A stretch of 64,000 nucleotides of DNA from Phycisphaerae bacterium (GCA_033764195.1 JANRJD010000032.1:362262-426261); one strand, 5' to 3'. Numbered from the stretch's first letter, positions 1 to 9,117 are shown. Notes: generated by a model not told the origin, from the letters alone. Translations and numbers: made by a program.

Positions 1-78
1 GGGACTACCCTCTATTCATCGAATGAGGATCGCCCCGGCGACCTGAACCGGGCGGGTGTACCCGGCCGATAGGGTGTA

Positions 79-1425
79 GTGGCGAAAATTGCCGACGGAA
101 CCTCGATGCCGAATCCGCCCCATCAGCGTGTCCTCCTGATCACCCGCGACGCGGCCCTTCGCGAGGCCGTGGCCTCGGCGGCGCCGCGCACGGGGGTGTT
201 GCGCTGCGCGGAATCCGTCGGCGAAGGCGCGCTCGATTGGGGGACTGCGAGCGAGTGCTGGATTGATTTGGATACGGCGCCCGTGCCGCCGGCGGGGCCC
301 TTTGCACGGTACGTCTATTTCGCGCGGCGCGGGGCGGAGCTGCCGCGCGTGTTTCCGACCGGGCTGCTCGTGGCGAATCCGGCGACGCGGACGGCCATTT
401 CGGTGCTTTGGGCCGAGGCCATGCGCGAAGATCGCGATGCGCCCTGGCGGCTGTTGCCGATCTGGGTCGCCACCTACCAGACGCTCGACCTGCCGCGCTT
501 GCAGACGCTGCTGGTGGAGCACCTGCCGCGTCAACTGGGTTACAACCGCGCCGCGCTTTACCTGCGCCCGGCGATCGGCGAATCGTGGTTGCTGGCGGCA
601 TCGAGCCCGCTCTCCGAAGTCGAGAGCATGAACGATGAGCGCGACACGATCCGCCGGCTCGACGCAATGGTCGATGAGCCGTCCGATGCGATCGGCGGCG
701 AGGATTCATTCGCGACTTTTCTGCCGTTGGCGACGGCGGGGGAAATCGTGGCGGTGTTGAAGTGCAGTGAGCCGCTCGCGGGCGCGTGTCGCGAGCCGGG
801 GCGCATCGCGCCGCTGCTCGAGTTTTGCGCGCGTTGCCTGCAGCACGCCTTGCGATTTTCACGCGCCGATCGCGATGCGCGGTTCGACGCGTTGACCGGC
901 CTATACAACCGCCGCGGGATCGAAGAGCGACTGCAGATCGAACTGCGCCGCGCCGCACGCTATCACACCGCGCTGTCCATCCTGATGGTCGATCTGGACG
1001 GCCTCAAGCAGATCAACGATCGCGATGGTCATCCCGCCGGCGACGAGGCGATTCGCCACGCCGCGGCGCGGATGCAAGCCATGCTGCGCGAATCGGACTG
1101 TGCCGGAAGGCTCGGCGGCGACGAGTTTCTGGTCGTCTTGCCCGCGACCAATGCCGAAGGGGCGCGGCTCGCGGCGGAGCGAATTTTGAATCAGTTGCGC
1201 CAAAAGCAGGATGCGAGCGGAAAGCCGCTCATCGGGGCCAGCATCGGCGGCGCGGAAGCGGCGCGCGGGGCGGCCGTGAGCGAGCTGATCGCCATCGCCG
1301 ACGACGCGCTCTACGGCGCGAAGCGCGATGGTCGTGGTTGTGTGCGCGTTGTTTCGACGGCCGGCGGCGATGGGGCCACCGCCAACGCGGATCTTGCGTT
1401 TGCCCCAGGCAAAATGTCGAAGTAG
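79..1425 (+). CDS. Diguanylate cyclase (GGDEF domain) with degenerate N-terminal receiver/GAF-like region
   Basis: 448-aa ORF with the GGDEF signature RLGGDEFLVVL and upstream ALTGLYNRRGIEERL, typical of active GGDEF domains. The stop codon at 1423-1425 was checked. Confidence 0.85.
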   Translation: MAKIADGTSMPNPPHQRVLLITRDAALREAVASAAPRTGVLRCAESVGEGALDWGTASECWIDLDTAPVPPAGPFARYVYFARRGAELPRVFPTGLLVANPATRTAISVLWAEAMREDRDAPWRLLPIWVATYQTLDLPRLQTLLVEHLPRQLGYNRAALYLRPAIGESWLLAASSPLSEVESMNDERDTIRRLDAMVDEPSDAIGGEDSFATFLPLATAGEIVAVLKCSEPLAGACREPGRIAPLLEFCARCLQHALRFSRADRDARFDALTGLYNRRGIEERLQIELRRAARYHTALSILMVDLDGLKQINDRDGHPAGDEAIRHAAARMQAMLRESDCAGRLGGDEFLVVLPATNAEGARLAAERILNQLRQKQDASGKPLIGASIGGAEAARGAAVSELIAIADDALYGAKRDGRGCVRVVSTAGGDGATANADLAFAPGKMSK

Positions 1426-1473
1426 CTCGCGCGCGAACCCGCCCCCAACCCCTGATCCATCAGACACTGCGAC

Positions 1474-1547
1474 TGCGCCCGGAGGGACTCGAACCCCCAG
1501 CCTTCGGTTCCGAAGACCGACGCTCTATCCAATTGAGCTACGAGCGC
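1474..1547 (-). tRNA. tRNA-Arg (anticodon TCG)
   Basis: Reverse complement folds as a canonical cloverleaf. Acceptor stem is GCGCTCG/CGGGCGC with one G-U pair. T8/A9 and a D-arm GCTCAATTGGATAGAGC are present. The anticodon arm TCGGT-CTTCGGA-ACCGA has U33 and anticodon TCG. The T-arm is GGGGG-TTCGAGT-CCCTC and the discriminator is A. CCA is not encoded. Confidence 0.75.
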
Positions 1548-1732
1548 GCTAAAAGACTGTAGAGGAGTATACGGCGTTCCGTCGCGACTGTCAGGTCGGC
1601 GTCGGACCGGCGCGCGACTTAGCCCATGCAGTGCGTCGGCGGCGGCGGGGCCCATCCGATGCGCAGAGATCACCCCGCGCCGCCGACGGCACGTGCAAAA
1701 TCAATTCAACCGCACAAGGACTCCATCACGCG

Positions 1733-2719
1733 TTAGAGACCGCGATACTGCAGGCTGGCCGCGTCCATCCGCGCGGCCTGGCCGGCGCTAAAGCGGAACA
1801 TGCAGGAGTCAGTGCTGTAGTCCATGAAATTAGTGATCGGGTCGAGGCCGGAGAGGTTGCGGCACGAATCGCGGCCTGTCGGGCAGCCCGACGCGGGCGA
1901 GCGCTCCGCCGGCGTATCGCTGACGTAGTCGCCGGCAGTGGCGTTGCAACCGCCCTGGAACGTGTGATAAAGGCCGAGCCAGTGGCCGACTTCGTGCGTC
2001 GCCGTGTCGCCCAGGTTGTAGGGCGAGGCCGAGCCGCCGGGCATGCTGCTATTCAGGATGACGACACCGTCGTCGGTCGGGTTGCCGGCATACCACCAGG
2101 GGAAGGTCGCCCAGCCGAGGATGCCGCCGCCGGGCGCGGCGCAATAGAGGTTGAGCGTGGTCGCGTCGCCGCGGCGGAGAGCGGCCTTGGCCTGAGCCTC
2201 GGCCGAGGAGCCGTCGGCCATCGTGTACCACGTGCTGTTCGTGGTCCTGGTCACGCCCGCAAGCTGGAAGCGGAAGATGGTGTTCACTCCGCCGGTCGCG
2301 CCGCTGAAGGAGTTGTTGAGCACTGCGATCTGGTTGTCGATCCAGGTTTGCGGAATGTCGCCGTTGGAGATGCCGCTACCACGATTGATGACGTGGACCC
2401 AGACCTGCACGGTGACGGTGCCGGCGCCGTAGGTCTCGTCCATCATGTCGCGCTGCTCGTCGACATTGGCGGGGTTGTTTTCGATCAGATCGATCTCTTC
2501 GGGCAGGGGTTCGAGCGTGGCGCAGCGGCCGCCCGAGGCGAGGAAATCGTCATTGTTCAGAAACACCGTGTCGCCGATGACGATCTTTTCGTCGATCGCC
2601 GGAGCGCCGGAGTCGGTACCAAGCGCGGCATTTGGATTGCCGGCCGGTTGCGGCGCGGCGGCGATCAGGACAAATGTCAGCGCACCAGCACCCCCGCATC
2701 CCAGCAGACGTCGAAACAT
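1733..2719 (-). CDS. Secreted zinc metalloprotease, metzincin (M43/pappalysin-ulilysin-like)
   Basis: HEVGHWLGLYH = HExxHxxGxxH metzincin motif. Signal peptide MFRRLLGCGGAGALTFVLIAAA. The start was reassigned from the track ORF (2977) to the ATG at 2717-2719, which precedes the signal peptide. Confidence 0.75.
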   Translation of the reverse strand: MFRRLLGCGGAGALTFVLIAAAPQPAGNPNAALGTDSGAPAIDEKIVIGDTVFLNNDDFLASGGRCATLEPLPEEIDLIENNPANVDEQRDMMDETYGAGTVTVQVWVHVINRGSGISNGDIPQTWIDNQIAVLNNSFSGATGGVNTIFRFQLAGVTRTTNSTWYTMADGSSAEAQAKAALRRGDATTLNLYCAAPGGGILGWATFPWWYAGNPTDDGVVILNSSMPGGSASPYNLGDTATHEVGHWLGLYHTFQGGCNATAGDYVSDTPAERSPASGCPTGRDSCRNLSGLDPITNFMDYSTDSCMFRFSAGQAARMDAASLQYRGL

Positions 2720-3007
2720 GAAGTGGCTCCTGCTTCGCGGCGCGCGGAATCGCGTTCGCCGCCGTGTGTGTGTACAGCCGTCGCGTTGACGGCTCTTGCA
2801 AGAAATGCGAGCGGAAGTATACGAATCGCGCGGCGCAGCTTGCAAGGGACAACTCGTTTCAAAAGCCCCGCTTTCCGGCGGCAGGGGCCGGGGTGTCTTC
2901 GATCGCGCGTGTCGGAATAGCGCCGGGGCGCAATCGCTTTTGGGCCCACGCGGAAGCGCGCACAGCCCGCCTCGCACGAACTATCATGTTCGCCACCGCT
3001 TCAACGC

Positions 3008-3024
3008 CACACACACACACACAC
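3008..3024. repeat. (CA)8 dinucleotide microsatellite immediately 5' of the RBS/start of the alcohol dehydrogenase gene
   Basis: The run cacacacacacacacac is followed directly by GGAGAA and the ATG at 3039. Confidence 0.6.
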
Positions 3025-3038
3025 GGAGAACGCGAACC

Positions 3039-4046
3039 ATGATTCACGCTTACGCCGCTCACGCGCCCAACACGCCGCTGAAGCCATTCCAATATGAGCC
3101 GGGACCGCTCGGGCCCGAAGACGTCGAGATTGCGGTGCAGTATTGCGGCATCTGCCACAGCGATCTGAGCATGCTCCACAACCATTGGCAGATGAGCGCG
3201 TATCCGCTGGTCGCGGGACACGAGGTCGTCGGGCGCGTCGCCGCGAAGGGCGAGCGCGTCGCGCACCTGGCGATCGGACAGAGTGTCGGCCTCGGCTGGT
3301 TCTCGCGTTCCTGTCGCAGCTGCGAATTCTGCAACGACGGCGACTTCAACCTCTGCACGACCAACGAGCAGACCATCGTCGGGCGGCATGGCGGATTTGC
3401 CGATCGGGTGCGGTGCCACGGGGCTTGGGCGACACCGCTGCCCACTGGCATTTCGCTCCAAAGCGCCGGGCCGCTCTTCTGCGGCGGCATCACGGTCTTT
3501 AATCCGCTGGTGCAGTTCGACGTTCGCCCGACCGATCGCGTGGCCGTGATCGGCATCGGCGGACTGGGGCATATGGCGCTGCGATTTCTCGAAGCGTGGG
3601 GCTGCGAGGTGACCGCGTTCTCATCCAACCCGGCAAAGGCCGACGAGATTCGCGCGATGGGCGCGCATCACATCGTTGACTCGCGCGACGCCAACGCGCT
3701 GGCGAAGATCGCCGGCTCGCTCGATTTCATCTTGTCGACGGTGAATGTGCCGCTCAATTGGGAGGCCTATATGGGCACGCTGCGGCCGCGCGGCCGGCTG
3801 CACTTGGTCGGCGCCGTGCCCGAGCCGATCGGCGTGGCGGCGTTTCCGATGATCGTCGGTCAGAAGCAACTCTCGGGTTCGCCATTGGGCAGCCCCAACA
3901 CGACGCGGCGGATGCTCGAATTCTGCGCACGGCACAAGATCGAACCGACGGTCGAGGTCTTTCCGATCGCGAAGGTCAACGAGGCGATCGCCCATCTCGA
4001 GGCGGGCAAGGCGCGCTACCGGGTGGTGCTGGAAGTGGCGCGCTAG
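3039..4046 (+). CDS. Zn-dependent alcohol dehydrogenase (cinnamyl/YahK-like, NADP-dependent)
   Basis: GHEVVGRV zinc-ligand motif, CGICHSD and a second Cys cluster CRSCEFCNDGDFNLC, plus a Rossmann motif GIGGLGHMA. The start was set at the ATG after a GGAGAA RBS, whereas the track ORF starts at 2796. Confidence 0.85.
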   Translation: MIHAYAAHAPNTPLKPFQYEPGPLGPEDVEIAVQYCGICHSDLSMLHNHWQMSAYPLVAGHEVVGRVAAKGERVAHLAIGQSVGLGWFSRSCRSCEFCNDGDFNLCTTNEQTIVGRHGGFADRVRCHGAWATPLPTGISLQSAGPLFCGGITVFNPLVQFDVRPTDRVAVIGIGGLGHMALRFLEAWGCEVTAFSSNPAKADEIRAMGAHHIVDSRDANALAKIAGSLDFILSTVNVPLNWEAYMGTLRPRGRLHLVGAVPEPIGVAAFPMIVGQKQLSGSPLGSPNTTRRMLEFCARHKIEPTVEVFPIAKVNEAIAHLEAGKARYRVVLEVAR

Positions 4047-4132
4047 TTGCGGTCTATTCGTCGGGTCCGCCGTGCGAACCGCTTCACTAGAGGCGGCGAA
4101 GCAACAGCGCCCAGCGGACTCGACTTCAGCGT

Positions 4133-5485
4133 TCAATTTCTCGCCACAAACTCCGGCAAGCCCGGCCCGCGCGGCGTGCCGCAGCGCTGCAGGTTCTCGA
4201 AGAAGCGGCGGCGGCGGTGGTCGACAAACTCCGGGTCGTAGAGCCGCTTCGCCAGCTCGACGATGCCGCTCTGCAATCGCTCGGGGGGCATGTTGGTCGG
4301 GCGATAGTTCACGTCAAACAGTGTGCAGCGCCGCCAGTCGCCGGGGTGCAGAATGCGCCCCGCCGCCAGCAGCCGGTCATAGAGCGGCGTGCCGGGGAAG
4401 GGCGTGAGCACGGTGATCTGTACCTCAAACAGCGCGGTGCGATCGGCGAAGTCGTAGATCGCGTCGAAGACCTCTTCGCCTTCGCCGTCGAGCCCGAGGA
4501 TGAAGCAGCCGTTCACCGTGACGCCGCGCGATTGAATCGCGTGTACCGCGGCCTCGTAGCGGTCGTGCATTTTCAGCTTCCAGTTGCGCCGCAGCTCGAT
4601 ACCGTCGAGGCCGCGCGTCGCCGGGCTTTCGAGGCCGATCAGCACCTGGCGACAGCCGGCCTCGCGCATCAGATCGAGCAGCTCTGGGTCGTCGGCGATG
4701 GAGATGTCGGCCTCAGTGAACCACTTGATGCGCTCGGGGATCAACGCGCGGAGCAATTCCTTGTAGTGCTTCTTCTGCGCAAAGCTGTTGTCATCCGCAA
4801 ACTCGATGAACGGCTGCGCCCAGATTTCCTTGATCGCCCGCAGCTCCGCCAGGACTCGCTCGACCGGCTTCACGCTGTAGCGCGGCGTAAGCAGGATCGA
4901 GCTCGCGCAGAAGTCGCACTGATGCGGACAGCCGCGGCTGGTTTGCAGCGGAATGCGGTTGTAGCGATCGACGTCGAGCAGATCGAAGCGCGGCAGGGGG
5001 GCATCGACCAGGTGAAAGTGTTCGCCGGGCCGCGCCTGATAGCGCGGCTTCAGTTGCCCGCGGCGGGCGTCGTCGATCAATCGCGGCCATAGCGGCTCGG
5101 CCTCGCCAATGACGATCGCGTCGGCGTGCTGCGCGGCTTCGTCAGGCAGCTTCGTGACATGCAGCCCGCCCAATACCACGCGCGTGCCCCGGGCGCGATA
5201 GCGATCGGCGACGGCGTAGGCGTCATGAATCTGTGCCGAAAAGGAGGAGATCGCCACGAGGTCAAAGCCATGGGGCAGGTCGGGCTGCTTACGCAGATCG
5301 GCGATCTCGTGATATTCGACCTCGCAATCGGGCGGCGTCAGCCCCGCCAGCGTCAGCAGCCCAAGGCTCGGCATCGAGGCGATCACCTTGCTCCGCTCGA
5401 CGACGCCGGGCATGGTCAGCCCGGCGGCGTTCAGCTCCTCGCTGAACGCGCGTATCCCACTCATCGCAATCAACAGAATCCGCAT
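4133..5485 (-). CDS. B12-binding domain / radical SAM domain protein
   Basis: N-terminal cobalamin-binding-like Rossmann segment (MRILLIAMSG...) followed by the radical SAM motif CPHQCDFC (CxxxCxxC). Start set at M29 of the track ORF. Confidence 0.8.
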   Translation of the reverse strand: MRILLIAMSGIRAFSEELNAAGLTMPGVVERSKVIASMPSLGLLTLAGLTPPDCEVEYHEIADLRKQPDLPHGFDLVAISSFSAQIHDAYAVADRYRARGTRVVLGGLHVTKLPDEAAQHADAIVIGEAEPLWPRLIDDARRGQLKPRYQARPGEHFHLVDAPLPRFDLLDVDRYNRIPLQTSRGCPHQCDFCASSILLTPRYSVKPVERVLAELRAIKEIWAQPFIEFADDNSFAQKKHYKELLRALIPERIKWFTEADISIADDPELLDLMREAGCRQVLIGLESPATRGLDGIELRRNWKLKMHDRYEAAVHAIQSRGVTVNGCFILGLDGEGEEVFDAIYDFADRTALFEVQITVLTPFPGTPLYDRLLAAGRILHPGDWRRCTLFDVNYRPTNMPPERLQSGIVELAKRLYDPEFVDHRRRRFFENLQRCGTPRGPGLPEFVARN

Positions 5486-5733
5486 CGCTGCCTCACTCCA
5501 CGCGGCCGAATCGAGGGAGCACGACCGCCAAACATAGCTTACGCAGGAGGGCCAGCGGGGAGGCAGCAATTGATGGAAAACGACGGGAAAACGGGGGTGA
5601 GTGAATGAAAGTGATTTATGAATTCGGGGGACATGAGCGGGTTCCGCGGGGCGAACTTTAGCGCACGCCGTTGGGGCAAAGGCGCGACGAGACTCGACGG
5701 CAGGCCGGACCGAGATATCAGAGCAATCATGGA

Positions 5734-6867
5734 TCAGCGGACGCCATTCATCCGCAGATCAACCAACAGTTCGGAAAGCGCATGCCGCGCGGTGGGATTG
5801 TCGGGCAATGAGCTGCGATCTCGCGCGAGCTCCAGTTCCCGTGTGAGCCGCTCAAATTCGTTTCGGTGAAACTCGAATTCCTTGATATCTGCCGTCTGCA
5901 GGGCGGCGTGCTCCTCGCCGCGCAGTTTGAGCGCCAGCAGTTTGTCGACGTGCGAAAGGTCGAAGTGGTCGTTGAGCCGCATCAAATTGGCCTCGATCTC
6001 GCCACTGCGCATCAAGTGGATTCCCGTGAGCAATACGCGATAGGTGTAGAGCAGCGTCTTTACGCGCGGCCGGTGGCGAAAGAGGGCCCACTGTTTGCGC
6101 GAAAAGCCCAGGTAATGGTGCGCGTGATGTCGCGTGATGCAATCTCGGGCGATGTCGATCAGCCGGGCGTGCGTCTGGCCGGAATGTATGACAAGCGGCG
6201 AGAAGAGCTGCTCCAGCACATACCCGTTTCGCTTCAGCAGCATCTCGAAATATTTGCGGGCGTCGTGCGTGACCAGGTCGATCTCGAGCGGGATTCCGAG
6301 ATTCTCGGGCGCTGGAGAGCCCGACGCGTCGAGCGCAGCGAAGCGATCCGTCGAGACCTCAATCGTCTCGCGCGGCTCAGTCAGTCCGATGACCTCATGT
6401 ACGGGCAGAAGATGAACGCCGCGCAGGTCGTAGTCGGAGTTGACCGACGGAAAGCCGTAGAGGTGCGCACCGCTGACCGTTGCAAAGAGCAGCGGGTAGG
6501 GCTGCTCGGCGACCAACTGCTGGAGCACGGGGCGAGAGAGCCGGATGGGATCGTAGGTGGGCCGCGCAGCGCACGCGTCGGGGCCGCCGACCGTCGGAGT
6601 CGCGTCGCGATCGGGATGTTCCGGATTCCAGCGATCTCGAAGTGATCGCAAGAGATCGAGGTCCAGCGGGAATCCGTTGGGGCCGTCGTGGACCACAAAG
6701 TCGAGCCGGCAATAAGGGCACAGCGCCGTCTGGCCGTCATCCGTCCAGTCGTAAATCGCGGCGGGCCGAAACGTGTTGAGGCAGTAATAGCAACCGCAGC
6801 GACGGCTCTGTGCGATCTGCTCGCGCGTTCGGAAGCCGGGCGCCTTCTCCAGCCATGGGTTCGACAT
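5734..6867 (-). CDS. Pol-beta superfamily nucleotidyltransferase (YcgL/PF10127-like) with N-terminal Cys-rich CPCC-type zinc ribbon
   Basis: N-terminus has CGCYYC ... CPYC, a four-Cys CPCC-like arrangement. The NTase motif is SGAHLYGFPSVNSDYDLRGV (G[GS]...DxD). The C-terminal ~200 aa are paralogous to the next gene. GC content is lower than in the flanks. Confidence 0.65.
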   Translation of the reverse strand: MSNPWLEKAPGFRTREQIAQSRRCGCYYCLNTFRPAAIYDWTDDGQTALCPYCRLDFVVHDGPNGFPLDLDLLRSLRDRWNPEHPDRDATPTVGGPDACAARPTYDPIRLSRPVLQQLVAEQPYPLLFATVSGAHLYGFPSVNSDYDLRGVHLLPVHEVIGLTEPRETIEVSTDRFAALDASGSPAPENLGIPLEIDLVTHDARKYFEMLLKRNGYVLEQLFSPLVIHSGQTHARLIDIARDCITRHHAHHYLGFSRKQWALFRHRPRVKTLLYTYRVLLTGIHLMRSGEIEANLMRLNDHFDLSHVDKLLALKLRGEEHAALQTADIKEFEFHRNEFERLTRELELARDRSSLPDNPTARHALSELLVDLRMNGVR

Positions 6868-6909
6868 CGAGCAGAGTGTAATTCACACCCGCGGAGCGCG
6901 CCGCGCAGC

Positions 6910-7917
6910 TCAATCCCCCACGGCGCTACGACGAGCCCGAAGGAGCCACGCGTTTGCCGCTTCGTAATCGGGGCGATCCGGCAGGGTCGTCGCGGCGTAG
7001 GCGGCTTCGAACTCCGCGTGCAGCGCGAGCCGCCAATGATCGAGTTCGTTCCAGGCAATCGCGCCGCGCTTGATGGCGAGCAATCGATCGCACTGGTCGT
7101 CGACGCGCAACGGGACGCGTCGCTCGCGCAGCGCTGTGATCCCCGACAGCAGCAGCCGGATCAGGTGCATGGCATGCTTCCATTTCACCTCGCCGCGATT
7201 TCGCAGGTCGCTCTCCAACTTGCGAAACTGGCTCATTACATACCCGTTGTAGGTCTGATAGATCAGCTTGCTGAGGAAGCCCTCGCGGATCGCGAGCAGC
7301 TCACTCATCAACGGCGTCACGTGCTCGACGAGCGGCGAATACAGACACTCCAGCACGTTTGGGTTCGCCTTCAGCGCCAGCACCAGGAATTTTTGGGCCT
7401 CCCAGAAACACTCCTGGGCGGCGTCGTTCTCGAGTTGCTCCGGCACACCCGCCAGCGACCAATGCCGCTCGGCCGGCGGCAGATACACGCCGCGCAGATC
7501 GACATCCGAAGATTCGCTGTCGAGCCCATAGGCGCGCGAGCCGACGACGCAGCGAAAGATCACATGGCGGCGCAAATCGTGTTCGTCGACGGTGGGGGCA
7601 AGGTCGTTTCCCGCGTCGTGCGGTCTCAGGCCGGCTTGCTCGCGCTGCAGGGATTTCAGCGGGGCGAGTTCATCGCGATGCAACTGGGCTAAAGTCGTGT
7701 CGGCGAAGCGGACCATGTAGGAGTGCTGAGCGTCGCGGGGGGATTTCACGATCACCGCGACGGCGCCCGCCGGGTGAGCCCGCCCGCCGCCGACGGGAAC
7801 GATGGCGATGCGTGTGACGATCTGCGTGCCGGGGGAGAGGATCATTCCATCAATATTACATGGCGCGGTAGGGGCGGCGCCTCTGCGTTTCGAGGCGCGA
7901 GCGATCTCGAAACGCAA
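6910..7917 (-). CDS. Pol-beta superfamily nucleotidyltransferase (YcgL/PF10127-like), paralog of the downstream gene, with unique ~110-aa N-terminal extension
   Basis: NTase motif VGSRAYGLDSESSDVDLRGV. The C-terminal region aligns by eye with the 5734..6867 product (LECLYSPLVE vs LEQLFSPLVI; LLLSGITALR vs VLLTGIHLMR). There is a 43-bp gap to the downstream gene. Confidence 0.65.
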   Translation of the reverse strand: MRFEIARASKRRGAAPTAPCNIDGMILSPGTQIVTRIAIVPVGGGRAHPAGAVAVIVKSPRDAQHSYMVRFADTTLAQLHRDELAPLKSLQREQAGLRPHDAGNDLAPTVDEHDLRRHVIFRCVVGSRAYGLDSESSDVDLRGVYLPPAERHWSLAGVPEQLENDAAQECFWEAQKFLVLALKANPNVLECLYSPLVEHVTPLMSELLAIREGFLSKLIYQTYNGYVMSQFRKLESDLRNRGEVKWKHAMHLIRLLLSGITALRERRVPLRVDDQCDRLLAIKRGAIAWNELDHWRLALHAEFEAAYAATTLPDRPDYEAANAWLLRARRSAVGD

Positions 7918-7946
7918 GGATTCAGCGATTCGCCGTGCGGTTTGTG

Positions 7947-8948
7947 TTACCTCCAGAATCGGTTACGCAAAGATTTCTGGCTCACATCCGGAAACGGCAG
8001 CAGTTCGGCAACCATGGCGCGCTCCTTGCTGCGAGCGTGGATGGTGACTCTGGACAAGTTCCTGACTTTCAAAAGAGGGCGCAGGCGGGCCGCGTTCAAG
8101 CCCGCGTCTCCAGAGAGCTCGAATTCGCGCAGGTTGGGAGCCGTCGTCAACGGGCGCAGGTCGAGCAGATTGGTCGTGCCATTCATGCAGAACCGAGTCA
8201 GGTTTTCGCAATTTCTGAGCGACGGCAGCTTTCGCACATGCCGTAACTGATCAAGAAAGACCTCGCGCAGCGCCGCGCAGCGCGCAAGTTCGGACAGGTC
8301 GGTCGGCCCGCTGATTCGCCACAGTTCGAGATACTCGAGCCGCCGCAAGTCGCCCAAATGAGCGAGGTTGGAAGTGCCGCCTAGCTTGATCGCGAGCCAT
8401 TTCAACTTTGACAGCGGAACGAGAGCTTGAAGATTCGGCAATGTCACGCTCTGAATCCAAAGTCGCTCAATCCGCGGCAATGCGGCAATCCGCTCAAACT
8501 CTTTGACCTGCCCCTCAAGAGCGAATGTGCGGAGCTTTCCAAGAGCCGACAGTTCGGCCATCGACATTCGTGAATTGCGTTGGGCTACCAGCCAGAGCCA
8601 TTGGAGGTTCGCTGGCAATTGCTCGCCAATTCTGCGGACAGTGTTCCAATAGAGTTCAACGCGAAGCCGCTTCAGAAATGGAAAGAGTTGCAGAAACTTA
8701 AGATCCCCGGCAGTTGCGTCGCTCCATATGTGGAGATCAACCGCGGGGCGCTCACTCATGAGTGCCGCGAGCCGTTCCCACTCTCGCGGTTTCAGTGAAC
8801 ATCCGACGGAGACCTTTTCAACCGTCGGTTCGAGTGGCCGAAACGCGTCTCGGTCGAGGGGGCGAAGAAAATCTCTCTCGTCCGGTCCGTCGTCGCGCTC
8901 AAGTTTCTTTGCGACCATGCTTTTTGAACCTGCGACTGAATTAGCCAA
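7947..8948 (-). CDS. Leucine-rich repeat (LRR) protein
   Basis: Tandem ~22-residue LxxLxxLxLxx repeats run through residues ~90-300 (for example LEYLELWRISGPTDLSEL and LREFELSGDAGLNAARL). GC is about 52-57%, clearly below the neighbouring DNA. It lies 30 bp upstream of the NTase gene on the same strand. Confidence 0.6.
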   Translation of the reverse strand: MANSVAGSKSMVAKKLERDDGPDERDFLRPLDRDAFRPLEPTVEKVSVGCSLKPREWERLAALMSERPAVDLHIWSDATAGDLKFLQLFPFLKRLRVELYWNTVRRIGEQLPANLQWLWLVAQRNSRMSMAELSALGKLRTFALEGQVKEFERIAALPRIERLWIQSVTLPNLQALVPLSKLKWLAIKLGGTSNLAHLGDLRRLEYLELWRISGPTDLSELARCAALREVFLDQLRHVRKLPSLRNCENLTRFCMNGTTNLLDLRPLTTAPNLREFELSGDAGLNAARLRPLLKVRNLSRVTIHARSKERAMVAELLPFPDVSQKSLRNRFWR

Positions 8949-9099
8949 ACCACCTCATTTTTCGCGATCCTACACCGCGAAACAGGGCCCGTAACGGCGT
9001 TGACGACATGAAGACAGAACCGGTCTCCGCCTCTCCGGCAGTATCCGCCAATGTCCGCCACACCGCCCCCGCCCGGCACGCCCTTTGCGTCGCGCAAAT

Positions 9100-9117
9100 C
9101 TGTTTCACGTGAAACAG
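9100..9117. promoter_or_regulatory. 18-bp perfect palindrome CTGTTTCAC|GTGAAACAG upstream of the LRR-NTase-NTase operon (candidate operator)
   Basis: Perfect inverted repeat read directly from the sequence. It sits ~150 bp upstream of the LRR start codon (8948, minus strand). Confidence 0.3.

Noticed and set aside
5635-5730. N-terminal 32 codons of the 63-aa track ORF 5539..5730
   Set aside because: Only the distal 31-aa segment (from MSPEF) is even weakly plausible. The upstream part directly abuts the NTase stop, is Pro/Ser/Leu-rich and lacks a start context.
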